DNA from: Nageia nagi | Taxonomy: Eukaryota > Plantae > Pinophyta | NCBI GenBank assembly: GCA_050084985.1 | Contig: JBITNC010000002.1 | Location: 10,168,001 to 10,232,000, forward strand | Direction: 5' to 3' | Length of the DNA: 64,000 nt | In this document: piece after piece, positions 55,032 to 64,000 of the stretch | Numbering within the stretch: position 1 is the stretch's first letter | Layout: each line of letters begins with the position of its first letter | Notes under the pieces: model-generated | What the model was told of the DNA's origin: nothing | The model's database searches: none | Seen by the model: only the letters and a program-made list of their open reading frames with translations | Position numbers and translations under genes: made by a program

Positions 55032-55254
55032 CGGCATCAGATGCCAAATAAATAACTGCCATGGCAATATCCCACTTCTCTCCCAATTGATATAGAGGTT
55101 GCCTTTCTCGAAGATCATCTTCTATTTCCTTGGGTGAAAGTTTGTCCATTCCAGGAGTGCCTTCAATAGGGCCTGGTGCAATACTATTCACACGTATTCC
55201 ATAATCTGTCCCCCACTCTAATGCAAACGACCTTGTCAGACTATCAACAGCTGC
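55032..55254 (-). CDS. DECR2: Peroxisomal 2,4-dienoyl-CoA reductase, penultimate exon
   Basis: CAG/GTAAGT boundaries; AAVDSLTRSFALEWGTDYGIRVNSIAPGPI...DIAMAVIYLASDA. 223 nt, phase consistent with the next exon. Confidence 0.93.
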
Positions 55255-55398
55255 CTGCCAACATAAGTAGTTACTGATAGATACCTTTTGGTTTAACTCC
55301 TAATGTAATCCAGCAAATGCTCTGAATGTATGCAAAAGCAAATGAATTTTTTAAATTGTTAATTTACACCAAGAAGAATGAAATGTTTAGGTATAAAC

Positions 55399-55568
55399 CT
55401 TGGCTGCAGAGACATGAATTTGATACCATGAAGCTGAGTAATATAATGTAGCACTAATGTTTAAAATAACACCAGTATCTGAAGGATCCTTTCCAACTCC
55501 ACCCTTTCTTAAATATTGCAATGCTGCTTGACTCATTGTAAATGTTCCAACGGAATCAATATCTAGCA
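55399..55568 (-). CDS. DECR2: Peroxisomal 2,4-dienoyl-CoA reductase, internal exon
   Basis: AG/GT boundaries; (V)LDIDSVGTFTM...ILNISATL...YQIHVSAAK. 170 nt, phases match both neighbours. Confidence 0.93.
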
Positions 55569-56147
55569 CTGCAATCAAAACATGTGTAGATCAAATGAAT
55601 GACAGTTGAATGCATAAAACCTTGGAAAGATTAAAAAACCAATACCTTAACTCCAAACATATCCGTAAAGTCTCATGTGTGAGAATGCAATTAAGGATGA
55701 AGCAGGGATTGCAGGTAAATAAATTATTTTTAGTTAAGCAATTCAAGTCATAACATGATTAAGGCATAGGAGCATCTCCTATAAATATTCACAAATAGTC
55801 ACCAGGCTTTCTCATATGACTTATCCATGGCTCATTACAGATAGCTAGCAATCAGTTGCAGATTGCATCCATGTTGATGCTTTATACCCCAAACATCCTG
55901 TAGACTTAACTGGCATTTTTTTAATAAATATTCAGCTCATTCCTTAGTCATTCAAGAATGCCAATGTCTTTCTCTATTCTATATTTATTCCTATTAGAAT
56001 ATTTCTGAAAATATAAAAATTGTACACAGCACACATTAATTTTGTCTAGAGTAAAAAGAGTGCTTCTCACATATTGTACATAGCACCATGTCGTTTTATC
56101 TTTTGCAGAGAATGCTCTTTGACATTTTTTCGCAAGTGAGTTTCCTT

Positions 56148-56220
56148 GGTGATTTAATTATTTAGTCATGCACCGTCTATGCATGGTGATTTAATTATTT
56201 AGTCATGCACTTCTATGCAT
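56148..56220. repeat. 37-bp tandem duplication in a DECR intron
   Basis: ggtgatttaattatttagtcatgcac...tctatgcat x2. Confidence 0.9.
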
Positions 56221-57097
56221 TGCAACGTATAAATCGGGGATTTGTAGTATCCATCTAATTTAACTTGGTATTGGTGACCATGAAATGCACGAAAGCACTT
56301 GTGTACAAATCAGAATGAATTTGAAAGGCCCAATATTATGCTCAACTTTATTCATTAAAGAGAATTTATTTATTACACAGAAAAAGGATAAAACAGATTT
56401 ATTTCTTTATAAGTCTGTTAGAGGTAGCAAATACCGTCCCTCTTATTCCATTGTGTCCCCTATGATAGACTTCATGAAACAATGTTACAGAATATAAACA
56501 ACAAAGTGATTACATCCTACAATTGGAGCCACAAGAACTATTATCGGGAGGTCTTCAAAGGTCCCACTTAGAAGGAAAAGACAGTAGCAACTATTGTGCA
56601 GCAAGAAACACAAAATTAACATCTGTGAAAAATTTCATGCATGAAGTCATTCAAAACCAGCAAAACTGTCCCCATCCAGAACCAAGTCACTATTAATTAA
56701 TGTATTTAACAAGAAGCCATGAGGAAAATGAATGTAGCCAACTTCTGGGGATCATAAAACAGGATGACCTGAAAACTTTGTTGAAAATAAAGCAATGGCT
56801 GACAATTTGACAAATTCCTAAAACAAACATGTCAAACAAACCCAAGGCCAACCAGTTGTATAAAAAACTTCCTTAATAAGTTAATATACTTTGGACAAGA
56901 ATAAAATCATATTTCCAGCTAGTTCTAGTTAATTGATTACTGATTTAGCAAATTAATTTCATTCCTGGCACAAGTTTGAGTTAAGGTAGTTACGTTACAG
57001 AATAAATATCTTTTTGACAAATTCCCATGTAATGAAAATGATAAACAGAAAAAAACTTATTTTAGATTAGTTTATCTGAGCAAATTTAGGATACCAC

Positions 57098-57257
57098 CTG
57101 TTCGGAAGCCATTTGTAGACAAGTATTCTGCAGGAACAAGAAAGTTGCCTGCAGCATTATTCACGAGAATATCCAGCCTCCCTAACTGCTTTACCGTTTG
57201 TTCAACAACACGAACAGCATCCTCTTTCCTGCGAACATCTCCTTGAATTCCAATGGC
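57098..57257 (-). CDS. DECR2: Peroxisomal 2,4-dienoyl-CoA reductase, first exon visible in the window (5' exon outside)
   Basis: CAG/GT boundaries; AIGIQGDVR...GRLDILVNNAAGNF...LSTNGFRT, 160 nt. The TGGxxGIG Rossmann exon was not found by 64000. Confidence 0.92.
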
Positions 57258-57830
57258 CTGGATCATAAACCACATGGAAAGTTTATATAATTGTTCTCTT
57301 ATGCATGACATGATTATTAATATAGAATATAACTGAGGCACTGAGACACTATGTTTTGAACAATTTAATTGTTTAATGAAGCAGTATCATATATTTTATA
57401 GTTATTTCAATTCTAGGTAAACTTTGAAATAGAAATATTCTTACAGCATCATCTTGTGAGAAAACAAACAACTATTTCCAGTAAGACTAAAGTAGGACAG
57501 CAGATAGCTTTTACATGTGGGTAAACGAAATACATGAGTGCAAGTATTATACTATAGACTTCAAATGCTTAAATTCATTAAAGAGAAAAGAATCAATATA
57601 GATAAGAAAAGAATATATGCAGTGCTATCAGTCACTACGTTGTGGTGCTTTAACATTCGAGATAAAGGTCAAAGAATCAATTAACCAGAAGAACTTGAAT
57701 TTTTCATTAGTAAGAGAACTGCACCCAGTTGGTTGCTTAAGAAGTTTGCTGTCAGGTTAAAGAAAGGTCTTGTTATGTTTTTCTTTCCTAGTCCAAAACA
57801 TGCACAAGACTTGGAGGAAACAGCATTACT

Positions 57831-60767
57831 TGTTTCCGCCTGAAAGGACTTATTACCTCAAGCGCTCACATGGAATATGGTCTTAAGGAACAATGGTCAA
57901 AGATGCATGTTATTAACCGTATACAAGGGAAATACACCGTCGGAGATTCTCTTCTACAAGAAGGAAAGACTGCAAATGTGAACGAAAGCGAAGAAAGATC
58001 ACAAATGCAGGGACAAACGTAGGGATTAGGAATACAAGAAAGATGAACTTACGAAGATGTCACTAGTGATGCAATGTCTTGATAGGTCATCTCCAAATTC
58101 ATTAAGGTAAATGTACTCACTATCAAGTTGGGCAGCAAATAGCAATATGCGCTCAAATCACTACCAAACAAGAGCAAGAAGCTATTGGGTCTTGGTGGAA
58201 GACTCGATGGAAAGGAATAAATGAGGTGAGGGCATGAGTACAAGCACCTAACCGAATGGTGTATAGACAAGCTATGAGCCTCAAAATACATTCACTTGCG
58301 TGCAAACCATGCAAAGAATGGCTTAAACCACTTCAATAGATATTCAATATACAATTCCAAGAGGAAAACTATTCAAACATGCATGATCCCACAAATGATA
58401 CTCTTCACAATTTTTGCTTTATAATCTTAATCCATGAAGTAATCCATTCATAATGATATTCAGTGATAAACATGCATAGAACCCCTTATGCAGCGAACCT
58501 CTATGCAATGGAATGTAAATGCTTTAGGATGCAAAAACCCAAACATATGTAGAAAACCTTGTTACATTCATATAAAATGTAGGAACCCTCAGTTATAACA
58601 GATGTAACAAACTTCGAAATTCTTACACATGCAAAAGCTTGTAACCAACATCCCAAAATCCAAGATCCTCAATATGCAATGTTTCTATTAAGTGCAGAGT
58701 CTCACATATGCAAATATCCCAAAATGCATAAAATCTCCTTCTAAATGGCCTTGATGGAGTATATATAGGCCATCAGAAGTGTTTCCCTAAAGACATCAAA
58801 TCCGATATGGTGTGCACACACGCAACACACATACCAATACAAAATCAAATTGATCACATAAAACTATGCAGATGGCACTTAAAAACTAACAAAATATAAA
58901 TGCCACTGTCAAAATGCATTTAATCTACCTCTAATCTAGGCAAAAGCAAATCAAATATGCGGTAAAAAGTCTGACATCTAAACCGGTGGGACCAAAACCT
59001 CATCCCTACATCGGTCAAAGTCTTAAATGAGTCTGATAGATTTGATCTGGCGGGAGCAAAACCTCATCCCTACACCAATCAAATCGAGTAAATGAAGTCT
59101 GAGCATAACAACAACTATCATAAAATATGCATTAAACAAAAGAAAGATTATCACAGAGAGAATCTGCAAGTGGATCGGATTTAGGCTAGATTTGATCCAG
59201 TACTAGCGGAGTTCCACTCCTCGCTGGTGAGACCTTATGATTAAATCATCTCCTCCAAGAAGGCAACAATCTTCTGCACACCCCTGGAGATCATGCCAAT
59301 GATGCTTCCCTTCTGTCGGAAATAGTCCCCAATCTGCCCCGATGTAGCTTGCATTTGGTATCTCCAAATGACCATCTATTTCTTGTGGATGATGGGATGC
59401 CCTACCTTCAGCAAACTGAGGTCATCGACATCTAGGTGGTCCTAAATCAGATTTTGAGCCTCTACCACTACTACCTCCTTTTTCCTCACGCTATTATCCT
59501 CCCCCTGGAACTTGAGCTAATAGACATACTTGCTAATTAGTTCCTCAACCTCTTTCCTCAAGGGGATTCTGAGTTTCAAAACTACATTACACGTTTCAAG
59601 TGCATGCTTCAACCGGTCGTGATGGTAAGTGAATTCATGGAAGTAGACTAACTTCTCGGGAATGTCAGTGAAAACTTGCTGCAAATGGGAGACATTGGGG
59701 AGGTAGTTGTCCAACTTGTTAAGGTGTGCTGTGATTTGTGCTCTAAGATCCAGGATTTCCACACCCTCCTCTAGGAGCTTGTAAATTTGAAAAGATAACT
59801 TATCAATGGTTTCCATCATCTCCTTCAGCTGCTCCTTCATCAACTCCCAACCTTCATGGAACGAGGTCTGCTTCTTCAAATCAAGAGGGGTAGTGCTAAT
59901 GTTCTAGAACTCCTTAATAATTTTCCTGTTGGCCGTGAGCTCCCTTTTCAGTCTCTTCACCTCTTTCTTGGCTTCATAGCCCTCTTGTTCCATGATTGCA
60001 GCATTTCGGGTAACTATGTGCTTGCAGGCTATCAATCCTAATTTCACAGGCATCTTGAACATCTCAATCACGCGATCTTCTACCATCTGAGGATGCTTCT
60101 CCTTGGAATAACAATGACTGATGGAGATCTCCTTGCAAGAGGTGGAAACAAATGTGTCAACTCTTCGAATCTTCTCACCATCCGAAAGCTCCTCTTCTTC
60201 ATCTTCAAAGCACACATCCTAATCTTTCTCTTCATCATGAGCCGTACTCATGTTGAGGGCTCTAAGGGAGGCATCTAGGTCAAGTCTGAGTGTTCAATTG
60301 CTGGCTAGGGAGGAAACCTTTGCACCAACAACCAACCTTTGCTAACCTCCTTGACCTCTTTGGTCGGAGTGGTCTGAATAAGGGCAATCTCCTTACCCTG
60401 GTGCTCATCCTGCTTTCTCTTCTTCTTTTTCTCTTCGATCTCCCCTTCGTCTTCTTCATCTCCACCATTGCCACCTATTGATATGGCTTTGTTTCGTGGC
60501 TAAGGAGACCTTTCATGGCTGGTCCTCTTTACAGGGGGTTTCTGGGAAGACGAGGGTGATCTCTTTCTATGCTCGGCAGGAGAGAGTTTGAAGGCACCCA
60601 CCTCTTTGGCACACTTTACTCCGACAACTTGGAACTCATCATCATCATAGGTCCCAACGTCCACAATTTCATCACCATCTGGGAGAGTTTCAATCTCTAT
60701 CTCATTAGGTGCGAAAGTACATACACCTACATTATCTTGCGCAGGGAACTTCTCATCAACAGCATCA

Positions 60768-60802
<35 letters not shown>

Positions 60803-63800
60803 GCCACGGCTCTCTTCATCACTTCCCTGGCTCCCTGACTCTTCATTGAAGCCTTCTACTGTACAGTTGGGTTCCTCATCAGTCTCTTCATCAAAAGAAG
60901 TGGAATGCTCGGAAGAACTGGAACTTGGTTGCAATGGGGGAACCTTTTCTCCACATCTAGGAGGACAAGTGGGTCTAGAAGGAACATCTTCAATGGGTGA
61001 ATCATCAACACAAGCCTCCTCCAGCATATCCAAGGGGATAGTGCACTAGCCAGCATCTCTCAAATCGGCCATCACCACACTGCGTTTACTAGGGCCTAAG
61101 GTGTGCTCCCTTGAAACTCCTTTCTTCCCAATGGGAGATAAGGGCACGCTGCAAGGCACAACACTAACAGGAGGCATCTTGATCCTGAGTGAGACATCTC
61201 TAGATTTCGCCTTGACAATGCATGGTCTCTGAGGTGGCTTTTCAGCTGGGAGGGGGTCGTCCTTCTTCTTGCTCAAAAGAGCATCTATTCGTGCAATCTC
61301 CTCCTCACTCCTCACATTTCGATACTTCTCCACATTCCCTAGAGATTTGTGCTGAAAAGCAATTGGCTTCTAGAATGCGGTGTTGTAGAAATGGGCTATT
61401 ACACCTCTAGGATCATAATTTCTAGCTACTGCCTCCTTGAAGAAGACGTATTGTTGCAGCTCCTTTCTCATATTGTTGGCCTCAACCCACGTCTGGCAAA
61501 CAAAACTTGTAATGGAGATGGGCAAGTTAATGGTTGCATTCTTCTTTCTCCAAACTCTTTCCTTCAGAAACAACAATTATCTAGCAAACTCCATGAGAAT
61601 GAGCCTATCACTGGCATATTTGGGCAAGAGCAGGGGTTGCTCTTTGGAGCCATAGACCTTGATAAACGTATGGTCCTCATACTGCAGAGAGAAATTTGCA
61701 TGAGCACTAATGCTCCAAATGGCTGCATCAGAAATTCTCCTCACTACGAACTCCCCTTTAATGTCTTTTTAAATAGAATACTTCCACCTGTCATTTCTCT
61801 CATAGAAGTGCTAAAATTTGTTGTGATACCACCACACAGGGATGCCTTTTTTACCCAAGTGTCTCTCATCTGCAAGCTCTCTGGATCTAAGCTTGCCTTG
61901 AAGGAATAGGTACGCAAGATAAGAGTTCATGTGAAACCTCTTCAAGGAACCAAAATAAGCCAACTAGTGATGTAGGGCATCACTGATCACCTCACTCCAT
62001 CTGATAGCTCTCCCCAAGTTGATTACTGCAATGAATCCTGTGAACGCTTTTTTGTATTTGGAGTCATTTTCCTAACCCGTGACCCTGGACAACAAAGTGA
62101 TCAACTTGGCCATTGTAGGTAGGAATTCCTCTCTACGGACGCTGACCAGCCTTTGGCCTTGGATGTTCTGATAGTCTTCATATAGCCATGGCTGAATGTA
62201 ATCCCCAAGCTGGGCGGTGGAATCATGGAATTTCTCAGAATTTGCTAGTGTATAGTCATCCTCGTATCTCTTTTAGCCGAAGGCTGCTTTATTTCCATCA
62301 GGGGAGAAGTCCATGATCACATTACCTTCTGTGTCCAAGAGGACTCTCTTGTCAAATATGCAACACTTGGCTACCTCGTACCACAAGTCAAGAAAAGATA
62401 CTGCAAAAGGCATCATAGTAGCATTGAACAATCCACAGGTGTGGATAAGTGCATCTGAATGGTCCTCCTTACTAATGGAGGCAGTGGAGGCTATGGTTTG
62501 GATGGGGTCAAGATTTCCCCAGTCTGTATCTCCAACGAAGATATATCTCCCCTTGAACTTGGCTTTCAAGAGCTCTGGTCTTTCCCTTTCTTGAAATTCT
62601 ATTTGGCTCTCTTTCAAGATCCTGGTCATCTGATCTTTAGTCACATGTCTTTCGAAAAGCTGCCATTGAACTTTCTTGGCTTTGACTGGAGGCAACTTCA
62701 CTTTGGTAGTCATCTTAGAATTCTGAAAAATGGTGCAGGAAAAAAACAAAAACAGCTGGAAGTGCCTTAAGAATGCAGCCAGAAGGAGCCAAATGTTCTC
62801 TTCTCAACTCTTGGTGTCTCACACACTTAGCCGATTTCAGCTTGTAACCGTAGTCGCACAATTTGAGATGAGTCTTTTTTCACTTCCTAAAAACAAGGGT
62901 CCACCAAATCGCACTTCGAGATTTCTCGAACGCACTTTGGCCGACCCGGAGCAACTCCAAATACTCCGGATGGGCCAGAGCGGATCGAACCACCCCCCTT
63001 GCCATCCGGAGCGGCAAAAAAAAATTTACCCAACATTTTTAGAGCCAAAGGATTTGACTTAGATTCTTAGAGGCTAGAGCCATAGTTTGATAGTATTGAT
63101 ACTTGATAGTTATGGTTTTGTTATTTTGAGCCTTTGGCATTTTGCTACTATGGCATTATGACTCATTTTGATATAATGACATTATGTACCAGTGATTCAG
63201 ACTTGTTTGTCACTTAATGACATTATGGCTCGCTTTGATTTCTCGTTTCTAGTTTCTACCTTTCAGATTCATACTTGATTATGTTTTGTAATTTAAATTC
63301 ATATTTGATATATAGTTGAATGTTGATAGTAAAAATGAATTAGAAACAATGAACAAGAAAAAATTTAAAAATCTAAAGATCCTAGGGATTTTTTACTAGC
63401 CGCTTCGCCTGCCGAATCGGAGCCACTATCTAAAAATGACCCTCCGTCGCTTTGGACTTCTGAAGCACGCTCCGCTGCTCCTGACTCACCGTGGAACCTT
63501 GCCTGAAAAGTATGCGACTAGGTCCTAGGTCACTTGGTCAATTCCAGAGCATCATTCCTTCACATCACACCTAGGCACATGGATCTGGATGAATGCAAAA
63601 GCATGTACTTGAAATGATGCGACTAGGGATCTGAATGTAAATCTGAAATGAAGCAATGAAAATGACTCTAAGGAGTGGCTTAGTACTTAGTCTTCCGGGA
63701 TGCCACGTGTCACCTTCTAGTTGGCTGAAATGGAGGTCAAATGATGGGATGAGGTAGAGGGCGCATGGTTTAAGATGAGGGGAAAAGCATGTGCCAAAAT

Positions 63801-64000
63801 GCATGCGCCTAAGGAAAAGGGACTTAGTCAATTTTCATGTCAGTTTGAAGCTCTGGTTTCATGGTCACACCCTTTGAGATGGGTGCAAAAGCATGCACCT
63901 TAAAGCATGTGCCTGGCCTTCTCTTCCTTAATTCCAATACTTATTCAATTTTACCCTCGGGCCAAGACATTTGGGACTGGGCGCATGGTTTGAGAGGATT
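57831..64000. mobile_element. Probable LTR retrotransposon (partial) in the DECR upstream intron
   Basis: Composition shifts at TGTTTCCGCC (57831). Repeated motifs include aaaacctcatccctaca x2 and gggcgcatggttt x2, plus a long degenerate ORF. No gag/pol is in view, so class and orientation are inferred. Confidence 0.55.
59517..62713 (-). pseudogene. Degenerate ~1000-codon TE-associated extra ORF
   Basis: ORF-track pieces starting at 62749, 61576, 61333 and 61033 share one frame, and those at 60215 and 59879 share another. Globular N-terminus, acidic low-complexity middle, coiled-coil-like C-terminus. Confidence 0.65.

Noticed and set aside
55399-55430. Non-canonical SDR catalytic motif (YQIHVSAAK instead of YxxxK)
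   Set aside because: Normal for peroxisomal 2,4-dienoyl-CoA reductases; not a novelty or a sign of inactivation.
42392-57257. UGT plus SDR as a biosynthetic gene cluster
   Set aside because: The SDR looks like the conserved peroxisomal beta-oxidation auxiliary enzyme (SKL). Only two genes are present, with no scaffold enzyme or evident pathway link.

Overview
Eukaryotic, AT-rich plant nuclear DNA. Decayed nested retroelements and a multi-kb TE-filled intron suggest a large-genome seed plant, probably a gymnosperm (inference). Bases 1-39 kb are stacked, decayed LTR retrotransposons. An 18.3-kb pol-less Tat/Ogre-type element (LTR pair, PBS, PPT, GTATT target-site duplication) carries a nested minus-strand Ty1/copia and sits just upstream of a degenerate Ogre-like gag-pol with a G-patch remnant and an extra RNase H. 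A related non-coding LTR element follows. Two host genes converge in the right half. One is an intact, intronless, GC-rich UDP-glycosyltransferase resembling the UGT95 family (42392-43987, +) with a 61-aa Pro/Gly/Arg insert. The other is the last four coding exons of a peroxisomal 2,4-dienoyl-CoA reductase (minus strand, C-terminal SKL), whose upstream intron holds a probable retroelement with a roughly 1000-codon degenerate extra ORF. Between the genes lie an RT-deleted L1 LINE and a duplicated 3' fragment of another non-LTR element. I cannot support a wholly new biological system. The best leads are the UGT's low-complexity insert, conserved hairpins shared by the non-autonomous LTR elements, and the intronic extra ORF. 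All family assignments come from motif recognition, not database searches.
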